A DNA stretch of 64,000 nt, taken from an uncultured delta proteobacterium (GTDB lineage: Bacteria > Myxococcota_A > Polyangia > Polyangiales > Polyangiaceae). The DNA is taken from NCBI GenBank assembly GCA_963716725.1, contig CAVQUB010000015.1, forward strand, positions 192,001-256,000, written 5' to 3'. Below, piece by piece: positions 1 through 10,088 of this stretch. Each line of letters starts with the position of its first letter. Within the stretch, counting starts at the first letter, position 1. Position numbers and translations under genes: made by a program. The notes below the pieces were generated by a model that saw nothing but the letters and a program-made list of their open reading frames with translations, made no database searches and was not told the origin of the DNA.

Positions 1-379
1 GCCGGTGGACCTCGAGGGCGGGTTCGCCGCTCTTGCGACCGAAGCGCACCCTGACCTTGACGAGCCCCCGGGCGCGGCACTCGTAGACCGAGCCGTTCTT
101 CATCTCGAAGCGCTCCTTGAGCTCGATCTTTTCATCCGCCGTCGGCTGTCCCTCGCGCAGCGTGAGCGTCGTGCGCTGCTTCAAGTCGAAGACCGCAACC
201 TTCTGCTTTGGGCCGCGGGTCCCGTGCTCCTCTTCGAGGGCCTGCCAGACCGGGGCGACGGCCAAGATTTCGCCCTCCGCCGTGAGCTTCTTGGGTGGGG
301 CTTCGGCGGCGCGTTGTCGCGGCCGGCAGTCGAGCAGGGTGAGGGCGAGCAGCAGCGCGAGCTCAATCCGTGGTCGCAT
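1..379 (-). CDS. Putative lipoprotein, partial (runs off the window start)
   Basis: Read manually: ATG at 379, MRPRIELALLLALTLLDCRPRQRAAEAPPKK..., open to position 1; signal peptide with Cys; not in the ORF track because it is truncated. Confidence 0.6.
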   Translation of the reverse strand, partial: MRPRIELALLLALTLLDCRPRQRAAEAPPKKLTAEGEILAVAPVWQALEEEHGTRGPKQKVAVFDLKQRTTLTLREGQPTADEKIELKERFEMKNGSVYECRARGLVKVRVRFGRKSGEPALEVHR

Positions 380-860
380 CAGGGCTCGTCGTGGCGTCGA
401 CCTCGACGTCGGGCGATGCGTCGGGGACCTCCACCGGTTTGGATAGGAAGTCGCACTCTTCGGCGCCCTCCGGCTCCTGCACGATGTCGCAACTCGTCGC
501 GTGCAGGGTCTTCTGGGAGGGTAGGGGAAGTCCTTGCGTCACGCATTCCGCCAGGGTCTTGGCGCCGGCCTTGGCGCACTCGCCCGCGGCTCGGATCGTG
601 GCGACGCACTCCTTGATGCGCAGCGCCCCGGGACGCTCGCCCGCGGCCATGCCGTGCAGGCATTGATCGCGGTAGAAGCGCTTGCATTGCTCCACGTCGT
701 CCACGAAGCCACAGAACTTCCCGGCCTCGCAGCGCGCGTTCTCGATGTCCCGGCACTCGTCCACCGCAATCGCGTCTGTGCCGCAGCCCGAGGCGTGGAC
801 CACGAGAAACGCGGTGAGGGCCGAGGCGGCGCCGGCCGTGAGGGCTCGAAGCGGGATCAT
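363..860 (-). CDS. Cys-rich putative lipoprotein
   Basis: MIPLRALTAGAASALTAFLVVHASGC lipobox-like start, about 10 Cys, acidic tail. Confidence 0.7.
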   Translation of the reverse strand: MIPLRALTAGAASALTAFLVVHASGCGTDAIAVDECRDIENARCEAGKFCGFVDDVEQCKRFYRDQCLHGMAAGERPGALRIKECVATIRAAGECAKAGAKTLAECVTQGLPLPSQKTLHATSCDIVQEPEGAEECDFLSKPVEVPDASPDVEVDATTSPDATTD

Positions 861-939
861 CGTCCGTGGCGCTATCATGCATGTCGCGACCCTGGCGAGT
901 TTCTGGCCGAGGGCGCCGCTCCCGGGCAAGCTCGGGACC

Positions 940-1831
940 ATGGCGCCTCGTGCGATGGTGCTCGGTGCGGGTCTCGGGACTCGCCTGAGACCGCTCACCT
1001 TTGAGCTTCCGAAGCCTCTGGTCCCTATCGGTGATCGCCCGCTGCTCGGGCACATCGCTCGGCGCCTGGCTCGCGCGGGCTTCGACGAGCTGGTGGTCAA
1101 TACGCACCACCTGCCCACGGCTTTCTCGAGTCTCGACCAGACCTTGGGCGTGAGACTTCACCGAGTCCACGAGCCGGTGATCCGCGGCACTGCGGGCGGC
1201 GTCGCGGGCGCGAGAGCGTTGCTCGGTGCGCCGCCCATCGTGCTGTGGAACGGGGACATCCTCGTCGACCCGCCGCTGGCCGAGATGCTCGCGCTGGCGG
1301 CGGGCGGGGGATTGGTGTTGGCGATCCAGCCCCGCCCCGCGGGACAAGGCACGGTGGGCGTCGATGGCGCAGGCTCCGTCGTGCGGCTCCGCGGTGAAGG
1401 CTTCGGCGAGGAGGTTCGAGGAGGCGACTATGTCGGCGTGGCGGCCCTCGGCGCCCGCTGCCTCGCGACGCTGCCCGAGGTCGGGTGTCTGGTCGGGGAC
1501 TGGGCGCTGCCGGAGCTCCGGAGCGGCGGCGCCGTCCACACGGTCGAGGTCCAAGGTGGCTTCGACGACGCCGGGGATCCCGCAGCGTATCTGCGGCTCA
1601 ACTTGACCTGGCTGCGGGCGACTGCGGCGCCTGCGTTCCTGGGTGAGGGCGCCGTGGTGGGCGCCGGAGTCGAGCTGGACGAGGCCGTGATCGGCGCCGG
1701 GGCCAGGGTCGAGGGGCGGGGAGTCGTCCGCCGGGTGGTCGCCTGGCCTGGCAGCGTGGTGCGAGCGCCGCTCTCCGACGCCATCGTCACGACGGCGGGG
1801 CGCGTCGTGCAGAATCCGTCAGTCGACGTAG
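940..1831 (+). CDS. NDP-sugar pyrophosphorylase/nucleotidyltransferase (mannose-1-P guanylyltransferase-like); stop apparently lost through a 1-nt insertion near 1813
   Basis: GAGLGTRLRPLT..PKPL motif, NGD motif, C-terminal hexapeptide-like repeats; deleting one A in CAGAATCCG gives VVQIRQST* with TAG at 1829-1831. Confidence 0.8.
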
Positions 1832-3141
1832 AGTTCGATGGTGCGAGGGCCGCCGCCGATCACGCCGACGTGCCCCGTGGGCATCCAGAGGGCAGTGGCT
1901 CCGCTCCGGGGCTCACGCAGCGGAACCGCGACGCTTGCGCCGGCTTGCCAGCGAATCACTCCGGTCGTGCCGCTGGCGTCGTCGCCGACGACGAGCGTGC
2001 CGCCGCCTGGGAGGGCGAATGCGGCGGCGGGGCTCAGCGGCACGACCTCGCCGGCGTTGGTCGGGGAGCAGCTCGCCGCGCAGCCCAGCGACAGCTCGAC
2101 GGTCGGAGCGGGATCGCTGCCGACGCGGCCGCCGACTCGCAAGATGCGGGTGCTGTCCAACGCGACCACGGCAGCTCCGCGGCTCTCGTCCGGGGCCTGG
2201 GGCAGGGGCACGAAGGCCTTCGAACCGTCGGCCAGCAGCTCGGCGCCGGCCACCGTCGTGTCACCGCCGCCGAGCACGAGGAGCCCCCGGCCTTCGATCC
2301 AGGTGGCCGCCGCGCCCTGACGTGCCGTGGTCAGCGCGAGGTGCGACAGCGTCCCGTCCGCCGCGATGGCCAGCACGCTCGCGCTGGGCGAATCCAGCCG
2401 AGTTCCGCCCACCACGTACACGGCCCCGTCGGGCGCCTCGACCGCCGCGCCCCCGGCCACGAGCGCGAAGCTCGTGAGACCCTGGGGTTCGTCGATGGGG
2501 CTCGAGTCGCCGACGATGGGATCGAACCAGAAGCCCCAGCCATCGCCCAGCGCCAACACCAACGAGCCCTGCGAAACCGCGAGTGTTCGTGGTTCGCAGC
2601 TGGCTCTGCCGCAGTCCAGGGCCGGCGGCGGCGCGATCGGGCGCCATGCCGCGAAATCGTAGCCATCGAGCACGAGCCCCGTTGGGGCCCCCCGGGCCAC
2701 CAGCAGGTGGCGCGTCGCGATGGTCGTCGCGACCGGCCATTTGCCGAGATCGGTCGAGAGCTCGCCGGGAGGTCGCCCCAGCTCACCGCTGCGCGACACG
2801 AAGAGCGGCAGGGAGCTCCCGGCGAGTCCCGCCGGATCGACCAGGAGCGAGCGCGCACGCAGCCGCGGCAGATCGGCGGCGTCGAAGCCCGTCAGCACGA
2901 ATCGACCCGCCGCGCCCTCCCCGAGCCCGAAGCTGCTGACCGGGAGCGCGAGCTCACCCAGGGCGGTCAGGCCACCGCTTGCTGACTCTTTTTCCAGCGT
3001 TGCGCGCACGGCAGCCGGACTCAGCGTCCACGGATCCGGCTCGTGCCCGCTGGTCAGCCGCATGCGACCCGGCTCGACCAGCTCTTCGCCGCAGCCCAAC
3101 AGGAGCCAGCCCAGCGCGATCAGAACTCCGCGAGTGCGCAC
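1819..3141 (-). CDS. Lipoprotein with Kelch-like beta-propeller repeats
   Basis: LLLGC lipobox; repeated VYVVGG/LLVLGG/ILRVGG/VIGGG motifs. Confidence 0.65.
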   Translation of the reverse strand: MRTRGVLIALGWLLLGCGEELVEPGRMRLTSGHEPDPWTLSPAAVRATLEKESASGGLTALGELALPVSSFGLGEGAAGRFVLTGFDAADLPRLRARSLLVDPAGLAGSSLPLFVSRSGELGRPPGELSTDLGKWPVATTIATRHLLVARGAPTGLVLDGYDFAAWRPIAPPPALDCGRASCEPRTLAVSQGSLVLALGDGWGFWFDPIVGDSSPIDEPQGLTSFALVAGGAAVEAPDGAVYVVGGTRLDSPSASVLAIAADGTLSHLALTTARQGAAATWIEGRGLLVLGGGDTTVAGAELLADGSKAFVPLPQAPDESRGAAVVALDSTRILRVGGRVGSDPAPTVELSLGCAASCSPTNAGEVVPLSPAAAFALPGGGTLVVGDDASGTTGVIRWQAGASVAVPLREPRSGATALWMPTGHVGVIGGGPRTIELYVD

Positions 3142-3190
3142 GGGCGCAGGCGTACTCCGAATCGGCCCCCGGTGCCCGGCAAATGATCGT

Positions 3191-4447
3191 ATGAGCCAGG
3201 CCGTGCTCGTCGCGACGGTCGTCGATGTTCCGCCCGACCCGCTCGCGCTTGCCCGGAAGCTCTCCGAGCGATCTGGATGGTCTCTGCTGCTCGGCCGCGA
3301 GCGCTCCTATCTGGCCGTCGATCCCGTGGCCAGCTCCTCCGATCTCGATCCCGAGCCCGGGCTCGAGTCCGCCGCGGCTGCGCGCGATCTCTCGTCGGCA
3401 CCCCGCTGGATCGGGCTCTTGCCCTACGAAGCGCGTCGCGATCTCGAGCGCACGAAGGGCGAAGATCGGCGCGAACGTCCTCAGATCTCGAGGGCGCGGT
3501 GGCAGCGCTATCGAGAGGTCGTCGAGATCACGGATCGTGTGCGGATCATCGGCGATGACCGCGGCAGGATCGGCGCGCTGGCCCGGGATCTCCGGGGTCC
3601 TTTCGGGCCCTTGCCCGCCGCCCGCCTGCGCGAGATGGGCGAGACGGAGCCGGACTCGGTACACCACGAACGCGTGCGGCGAGCCCTCGAGTACATCGCC
3701 AAGGGCGACGTGTATGTCGTGAACGTTGCTCGCAGATTCTGCTTCGAAGCTCGGGGTCACCCGCTGGCGCTGCTCGGGCACCTCGGCCGGCATGCGCGGG
3801 CTGAGTTCGGCTTCGCGATGGCATGGGGTGAGCTGGGTGTGGCGGGGCAGTCGCCGGAACTGTTCCTGAGATCGCACGCCGACGGGCGGCTGGAGACCTG
3901 GCCCATCAAGGGCACCCGGCCGCGCGGGCGCGACGCGCGCGAAGACGCCGCGCTCGCCCGGGAGCTGGACCAAGACCCCAAAGAAATCGCCGAGCTTGCC
4001 ATGGTCGTGGACGTCGAACGTAACGATCTTGGGCGAGTCGCCACCACCGGCAGCGTCCGCGTCCTGGATCCCGGCTCGGTGACCACGCACGCGAGCGTGC
4101 ACCATCGAGCCGCCCGAATCGGAGCGCGACTGCGCCCGGGCACGACCCGAAGCGAGCTCCTCGCCGCGACACTTCCGAGTGGCTCGGTCACCGGAGCGCC
4201 CAAGGTGCGCGCCATGGAAATCATCCGAGAGCTCGAGGCTCATCGCCGCGGGCTCTACACCGGCGCTGTCGGCCTCTTGCGTCACGACGGCACGCTCCAG
4301 CTCGCAATGGCCATCCGCACCCTGGGGGTGGTCGGTGGCGAGGCCCACTACTTTGCGGGCGGAGGCATCGTCGCGGACAGCGATCCGGCCCGAGAAACCC
4401 AAGAGACCCGCTGGAAAGCGCTGGGTTTGCTCGGCTCGGCCAGCTGA
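3191..4447 (+). CDS. Anthranilate synthase/aminodeoxychorismate synthase component I family protein (PabB/TrpE-like)
   Basis: SPELF, PIKGT, ELAMVVDVERNDLGRV, PSGSVTGAPK, GGGIVADS motifs. Confidence 0.9.
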   Translation: MSQAVLVATVVDVPPDPLALARKLSERSGWSLLLGRERSYLAVDPVASSSDLDPEPGLESAAAARDLSSAPRWIGLLPYEARRDLERTKGEDRRERPQISRARWQRYREVVEITDRVRIIGDDRGRIGALARDLRGPFGPLPAARLREMGETEPDSVHHERVRRALEYIAKGDVYVVNVARRFCFEARGHPLALLGHLGRHARAEFGFAMAWGELGVAGQSPELFLRSHADGRLETWPIKGTRPRGRDAREDAALARELDQDPKEIAELAMVVDVERNDLGRVATTGSVRVLDPGSVTTHASVHHRAARIGARLRPGTTRSELLAATLPSGSVTGAPKVRAMEIIRELEAHRRGLYTGAVGLLRHDGTLQLAMAIRTLGVVGGEAHYFAGGGIVADSDPARETQETRWKALGLLGSAS

Positions 4448-4514
4448 AGCCCCCGGGAACTTCGCAGAAAACTGGGCACTTTTCCCGGGAGTCGGTAGCC
4501 AGGGAGGGGAGCCC

Positions 4515-5360
4515 ATGGAATCGGTGAACGTCAGGAACCTCGAGCAGATCCAGGAAGAAGATCCCAAACGGCGATCGTCGCGACTCGCGGTGATATTGCT
4601 GTCTTCCGTCGGTGGTGCCGCGATCGTGATGGCGGCGGTGATGAGCGCGAAGCGCAGCGGGCCGCCCGCGACCTCGAGCGACGATCCGCTGACGGCGCTC
4701 GTCGCCCAGGCCAAGTCGTCCGCCAACGTGCCCGCCGAGAAGCTGGATGGAACCAACGTCACTTTTCCGGAGCTCCTGAGCGATCAAGGAAAGGCCACGA
4801 CGGCGCTCGCGGCGGTCAAGGACGAACGCGGCAACCTCTTGCGTCAGTCCGAAGAGCTGGCGCTGCCGCCCGGAGCCCCCACCTTTCCTCCTCCCGCGAC
4901 GGACCGTCTGCCGGTGGTCCCGCTGCCGGCCGGCTCGCTCTTGGCGCAGACCACCGTCACCAGCCAGCCGAAGGACCAGCTCACGCAACTCGCCGCGAGT
5001 GCCAGCAAGGTGGGCGACGATGTCAACGCGGCCCCACCGGGCGCCGAGGGCGGCTACCAGATCCAGGTCGCGAGCTTCCGCATCGCAACCGAGGCCGACA
5101 CCTTCGCCGCGGATCTTCGCAAGCGCGGGCATCGCGCCTACCGCCAAGCAGCCTACGTCGCCGATCGGGGGCTCTGGCATCGCGTGCGCATTGGTCCCTT
5201 CAAGACCAAGTTCGAGGCCATCAAGTACCGCGAGAAGTTCGAGAAGACCGAGCGCGTCTCGCCCTTCGTGGTGGACCCCGACAAAGTGCGACTGGCCGAG
5301 GAAATCAAGGCCCACAAGATCGCCATTCGGAACAAAAGGAAAGCGCGCGCCGCCGATTGA
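4515..5360 (+). CDS. Membrane-anchored SPOR domain protein
   Basis: N-terminal TM; C-terminal YQIQVASF...WHRVRIGPF SPOR signature; GGAGG RBS upstream. Confidence 0.85.
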   Translation: MESVNVRNLEQIQEEDPKRRSSRLAVILLSSVGGAAIVMAAVMSAKRSGPPATSSDDPLTALVAQAKSSANVPAEKLDGTNVTFPELLSDQGKATTALAAVKDERGNLLRQSEELALPPGAPTFPPPATDRLPVVPLPAGSLLAQTTVTSQPKDQLTQLAASASKVGDDVNAAPPGAEGGYQIQVASFRIATEADTFAADLRKRGHRAYRQAAYVADRGLWHRVRIGPFKTKFEAIKYREKFEKTERVSPFVVDPDKVRLAEEIKAHKIAIRNKRKARAAD

Positions 5361-5417
5361 CGCCCAGCGCGCGCCCCTCGGGTTGACGCTCGGGAGTGGC
5401 CGATGAAGGACGGTCGC

Positions 5418-5858
5418 ATGACCGACCTGGTACGCTTCGGAGTCGCGATGGAGCAGAAGCTGCTCGACGAGTTCGACGCGCTGGTCGCCACCAAAGGCTA
5501 CGCAAACCGCTCCGAAGCACTTCGGGACCTGGTCCGGCGTGAGCTCGACCAGGCGGCCTGGCGCTCGGGCAAGCCCGCCGTGGCCACCATCACGCTGATC
5601 TACGATCACCACGTGCGCGAGCTCACCGAGAAGCTCACCGAGATCCAGCACGACTTCGGCGACCGGATCGTCTCGGCGTTGCACGTGCACCTCGACCACG
5701 ATCACTGTCTCGAGGTCATCGCGGCACGAGGTCCCGCCCGGGAGCTGGAGGCGCTGGCCGACCGCCTCACCAACACCCGGGGCGTGACCAGCGGTGGGGT
5801 GGTGGCCGCCGCGTTGCCCGCGTCAACGGCCAAGCGCCGACACAAACACGGCCACTGA
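5418..5858 (+). CDS. nikR: Nickel-responsive regulator NikR
   Basis: RHH N-terminus (RFGV..NRSEALRDL), YDHH, QH, HVHLDHDHCLE nickel ligands. Confidence 0.93.
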   Translation: MTDLVRFGVAMEQKLLDEFDALVATKGYANRSEALRDLVRRELDQAAWRSGKPAVATITLIYDHHVRELTEKLTEIQHDFGDRIVSALHVHLDHDHCLEVIAARGPARELEALADRLTNTRGVTSGGVVAAALPASTAKRRHKHGH

Positions 5859-6980
5859 CTACTTGCCCTTCTGCTTTCGTTCCAGCTGCTGGCGCGCGGC
5901 CTGCTGCACCGAGCTGGGCACGTTCTTGCTCTTGGCCAGATCGCGTAGGTCGTTGTCGCGCAGGAGCGGGACGATCCGAGCGGAGAAGCTGAAGGGGCAG
6001 CGCGGGTTGCGCGTGAGGCTGAGCTTTACCTGGTAGTTCCGGGTGAACTCGCGGTTTCTGGCGATTTCTCGCAACACCTCCTCGCCGACGTTGCGGCTCG
6101 AAGCGATCATCACGGCCTCGTTCTCGCGCATCGCCGGGCTCTTCACGGCCGCGACCGAGACCAGCCGGTTGGTGTCACGGACCAGGAGCAAACGCTCGGC
6201 CGCCGTGCCGACCTGCGCCCGCCGGATCTTCTGCGACACGGTCATCTGCGCGATCTGCGCGTAGAGCGGCAAGAATCTGTCCTTGAGCTGCTCTTCCCCT
6301 TCGTCGTCGACGGCGTGCGTGTCGTCCGCTTCGCTCTCGATGTCGCTGGCCTGGGCGAGCTGGTCGGTCTCGACGAACAACACGTCGTCCGGACTCGGCT
6401 CCTCGCTGGCCTCGGCGATCAGCTCGTTCTTGATGGCAGCGGCGGCTTCTTTGAAAGCCGCCAGGTTGAGCTCGAGGCCGTTGCGCACGGCGAGCTCGAG
6501 CAAGCGATCCGCCGTCGACATGCGGACGTGCTTGTTCATGTACAGCTTCTCGATCACCGTCGGGTTCGCGAGCAGCAGTTCTTCGTTCGTGGCGATGATC
6601 TCGCCGATGCGTTCGTCGGCGCGGGCGGAGAGGATCTCCAGTGCCGCGACGCCCATGCGCGGCATGCGCATGAGGCTCTCGACGACCTTGGCGTCGGTCG
6701 CGTACCACTCGGCGAGTTGCTCGATGACCGGGGCTTGAAGATCGGCGCTGAGAGCGCCCGTCAGGATGGGCGGCGGCAGCTTGCTCAGGGTCTGGCGCGC
6801 CGCCTCGGCGACCGCGGGGTCGGCGGCGGTGGTGAGAGCGGCGACGACGGTGACGAGGTCGCCCGGCTTGAGGCCCGGCACGACGCCCTTGGCCGCCATC
6901 AGGCGGAGCGGACCAGGGGCGCCCGCGCTCAGGATCTTCTGGGCGGGACCTGGAAGCTGCGTGAGATCGAGGCCGAGCAT
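5859..6980 (-). CDS. Conserved hypothetical helical-repeat protein
   Basis: 373-aa ORF with host-like codon usage; LVRDTNRLV...RNPRCP helical repeat-like C-terminus. Confidence 0.75.
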   Translation of the reverse strand: MLGLDLTQLPGPAQKILSAGAPGPLRLMAAKGVVPGLKPGDLVTVVAALTTAADPAVAEAARQTLSKLPPPILTGALSADLQAPVIEQLAEWYATDAKVVESLMRMPRMGVAALEILSARADERIGEIIATNEELLLANPTVIEKLYMNKHVRMSTADRLLELAVRNGLELNLAAFKEAAAAIKNELIAEASEEPSPDDVLFVETDQLAQASDIESEADDTHAVDDEGEEQLKDRFLPLYAQIAQMTVSQKIRRAQVGTAAERLLLVRDTNRLVSVAAVKSPAMRENEAVMIASSRNVGEEVLREIARNREFTRNYQVKLSLTRNPRCPFSFSARIVPLLRDNDLRDLAKSKNVPSSVQQAARQQLERKQKGK

Positions 6981-7124
6981 GCTGGGGGCGCCAGCCTAGC
7001 CCCATGGCGCTCTGCGGCAAAGCCGGCGCGGCGGAGGGGCGTTGCCGGTTCGTCGGGCCGTGGCTATGTTCTGCCGTCGTTCGGGTGCGCCCAACAGCCG
7101 CACTCGAAGAAAGAGGAAACAGAA

Positions 7125-8474
7125 ATGGGAATCATGGACTTCGTCAAAGGCGGCGTGCGCGAAATGATGATCGCTCGCCCGGACGACAAGAAAGAGCTGG
7201 TCGTCTACAAGCACCCCGACCAGAACATCCCCTTCTGGAGCCAGCTCACCGTCGATTCCGACGAGGTGTGCCTCTTCTTCAAGGACGGCCAGTACGTCGG
7301 CGGGCTCGGCCCTGGGCGCCACACCCTGCAGACCCAGAACATCCCGTTCCTGAACAACATCATCAACAAGTTCACCGGCGGCGACGTGTTCATCGCCGAG
7401 GTGTTCTTCGTCACCTCGAAGGCCTTGTTCAACCAGGGTTTCGGCGGCCCCATCGGCTCGATGCGGGATCCTGAACTCGACATTCGAGTGAACCCGCGGG
7501 CCTTCGGCACCTACTCGTACAAGGTCAGCGATCCCGTCAAGTTCGTGCTCGAATTCATCGGACAGACCGGCACCGCGGACCCTGATCGCGCCATGCAGTG
7601 GGTCCGCGACCAGCTGATGATGGGCCTGAAGACCACGCTCACGCGCCTGATCAAGGGCGGCGACATGACCATGATGGACCTCGGCACCGCCGGGCCCGAC
7701 GTGGCGCGCGCCATCGTTCAAGACTGCCCCGATCTGGTGAAGATCGGCGTGCAGGTGCTCGAGATCGCCAAGCTGAACATCAACCTTTCGGATGAAGATC
7801 AGGCGCGAATCGACGAGTTCCAGGACCAGATCGTCCAGGCCAAGCTGGACGCGCGCAAGGCCAAGATCGGCGTCAGCCAAGCCGAAGCCATGGCGCAACA
7901 GAAGCAGTACGAACTCGACCAGGAGTTCGCCAACCGCGCTCGCTACGTCAACCAGCTCGACATGGGTCGCTACCAGCAATACGCGGGGGCCGAAGCCATG
8001 ATGGGACTCGGCCAAGGCATGGCCCAGGGTGGGGAAGGCGCGGGTGGCGCGGGCGCCATGGCCGGGATGCAAGCGGGCATGGGGCTCGGCGCCGGCATGA
8101 TGTACGGCCAGCGGATGCCGATGCCGCAGCAGGGCTACCCACCGCCGGGCTACGGTCCGCCGCCCGGCTATCCGCCGCAGCAGGGCGCGCCGCCGGGCTA
8201 CGGTCCGCCGCCCGGCTATCCGCCGCAGGGAGCGCCTCCCGGTTACGGTCCGCCGCCCGGCTATCCGCCCCAGGGAGCGCCTCCCGGCTACGGTCCGCCG
8301 CCCGGCTATCCGCCGCAGGGAGCGCCTCCCGGCTACGGTCCGCCTCCTGCCGGTGCAGCGCCAGGTGCTCCGCCCGCCGCGCCGGCGGGGCCGGTGTGCG
8401 CCAAGTGCGGCGCTGGAAACGCACCGAACGCCAAGTTCTGCGCCGAGTGCGGCACTGGGATCGCAGCGGTCTGA
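7125..8474 (+). CDS. SPFH/band-7 domain protein with PGY-rich linker and C-terminal zinc ribbon
   Basis: SQLTVDSDEVCLFFKDG...GPGRHTLQTQNIPFL SPFH-like start; CAKC..KFCAECG; GAGG RBS. Confidence 0.85.
   Translation: MGIMDFVKGGVREMMIARPDDKKELVVYKHPDQNIPFWSQLTVDSDEVCLFFKDGQYVGGLGPGRHTLQTQNIPFLNNIINKFTGGDVFIAEVFFVTSKALFNQGFGGPIGSMRDPELDIRVNPRAFGTYSYKVSDPVKFVLEFIGQTGTADPDRAMQWVRDQLMMGLKTTLTRLIKGGDMTMMDLGTAGPDVARAIVQDCPDLVKIGVQVLEIAKLNINLSDEDQARIDEFQDQIVQAKLDARKAKIGVSQAEAMAQQKQYELDQEFANRARYVNQLDMGRYQQYAGAEAMMGLGQGMAQGGEGAGGAGAMAGMQAGMGLGAGMMYGQRMPMPQQGYPPPGYGPPPGYPPQQGAPPGYGPPPGYPPQGAPPGYGPPPGYPPQGAPPGYGPPPGYPPQGAPPGYGPPPAGAAPGAPPAAPAGPVCAKCGAGNAPNAKFCAECGTGIAAV
8131..8345 (+). repeat. Coding tandem repeat, ~45-nt unit (PPQGAPPGYGPPPGY) about 4 copies
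   Basis: Direct repeats of ccgccgcagggagcgcctcccggctacggtccgccgcccggctat. Confidence 0.9.
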
Positions 8475-8608
8475 GCATCGTCAGAGACTGAGTGCTGGTT
8501 TCGCGGTACGCTTCGAGCAGCGTGCCAGACGCGAGGACACTGCTGTACGGAAGTGGCGCGGGCGATGAGTCCGCGCCGCTTTCGGAGTTCACGGAGGGCG
8601 CATCGCCG

Positions 8609-10000
8609 ATGGGAAAGCGGTGCCGAACGTGCGGCCAGCAGTTCTCCGCCACCGACGCGCGCTTCTGTCCTTTCGACGGGGAGCCGCTGGAAGAGTCCGC
8701 GTGGGATCCCTCGACGGACGAGCTGCTCGGGATGGTCATCGACTCCCGGTACGAAGTGCTCTCGGTGCTCGGGGAAGGCGGCATGGGCATTGTCTACCGC
8801 GTTCGGCACAAGACCCTCGAGCGCCCGCTGGCGCTCAAGGCCCTGCGTCGCGACCTGGCCAAGGACGACGACCTCCCGATCCGCTTCATTCAGGAGGCCA
8901 AGGCAGCTGCCGCCGTCGAACACCCGAACGTGGTGCAGATCACCGACTTCGGCGCCTTGCCCACGGGGCAGCCCTACTTCGTGATGGAGCTGCTCGAGGG
9001 GGAGGGGCTGAGCAGCCTCATTCGCAACCAGGGCACGCTCGCGCCAACGCGGGCCATCGGCGTTTCGATCCAGGTGGCCGAGGCCTTGAGCGCGGCGCAC
9101 GCGGCGGGCGTCGTGCACCGCGACCTCAAGCCTGACAACGTCAACGTCCGCCGTGTGGGCCACCACGACATCGTCAAGGTGCTCGACTTTGGTCTGGCCA
9201 AACTTGCCGGCGCCAGCCGCCTGACCCGGGCGGGCATGGTGTTTGGCACGCCCCACTACATGAGCCCGGAGCAGGCTGCCGGCGAGCCCAGCGACCACCG
9301 AGTCGACATCTATGCGCTCGGGGTGATGCTGTTCGAGATGCTCACTGGGCGGCTTCCCTTCGAGGCCGAGAGCTTCACCGGCGTGCTGGCCATGCACATG
9401 TACATGGAGCCGCCGTCACCGAGCAGCATCGTCGGAGTACCGCTCGGCGGCGTCGAAGACATCGTCAAGAAGTGCATGGCGAAGAAGCCATCGGACCGTT
9501 ACGCAACGATGTTGGACCTGCTCTCGGATCTCGACCGCGCTGGTGCCCTGCTCAGCGTGCCGCCTGAGCCAAGCTCGCGGCGCCGCCTCGACGAGCCGAC
9601 CTCCGGCGAGATCTCGCTGGCGGTCGAGCCGACACCGAGGCGCTTCGGTGGCCGTGCGGCGGGGCTATTCGCCGTCGGCGTCGTCGGGGCGGTCGGCTTG
9701 CTCGCGGCCTCGCTGCTGCTCGGAGGTCGCGGCGGCGAGCCGGTCGCGCCAAGTCTGGCAGTGAGCGCCGCCCCCGCGGGGTTGGCTGCGCCCGCGGCAA
9801 CGCCTTCGGCCGAGCACGCCACCCCCGAGCCCGAACCCAGCGCCAGCGCCCTCCCGCCGGAGGACCGGCCGGCCCCGCAGACCCCGCGCCCGCAGCCCAA
9901 GCCTTCGGCGCCTTTGGGGGTCAAAAGCCCGTCTCCGGCAGTCAAGCTGAAACCCGGCCGGACAAAAGGCGGAGAAATCATCGATCCCTGGGGGCGCTGA
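8609..10000 (+). CDS. Ser/Thr protein kinase with N-terminal zinc ribbon and a TM segment
   Basis: CRTC..FCPFDG; LGEGGMG, ALK, HRDLKPDN, DFG, GTPHYMSPE. Confidence 0.93.
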   Translation: MGKRCRTCGQQFSATDARFCPFDGEPLEESAWDPSTDELLGMVIDSRYEVLSVLGEGGMGIVYRVRHKTLERPLALKALRRDLAKDDDLPIRFIQEAKAAAAVEHPNVVQITDFGALPTGQPYFVMELLEGEGLSSLIRNQGTLAPTRAIGVSIQVAEALSAAHAAGVVHRDLKPDNVNVRRVGHHDIVKVLDFGLAKLAGASRLTRAGMVFGTPHYMSPEQAAGEPSDHRVDIYALGVMLFEMLTGRLPFEAESFTGVLAMHMYMEPPSPSSIVGVPLGGVEDIVKKCMAKKPSDRYATMLDLLSDLDRAGALLSVPPEPSSRRRLDEPTSGEISLAVEPTPRRFGGRAAGLFAVGVVGAVGLLAASLLLGGRGGEPVAPSLAVSAAPAGLAAPAATPSAEHATPEPEPSASALPPEDRPAPQTPRPQPKPSAPLGVKSPSPAVKLKPGRTKGGEIIDPWGR

Positions 10001-10088
10001 GCCCTTCGGTCCGCGCGCTGGCGCGCGGCCGCTTCGCTCGCTATAAGCGTAGGCGAAGGGCGCCTGAGCACGAGGTCACAGCGGCCCA

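Noticed and set aside
682..2985. 767-aa giant nucleotidyltransferase ORF
   Set aside because: The C-terminal half is antisense shadow of the Kelch-like gene; a single-base correction restores a stop at 1831
8511..8528. Sigma-54 promoter on the minus strand (TGGCACGCTGCTCGAA)
   Set aside because: Lacks the -12 GC and points antisense into the SPFH gene
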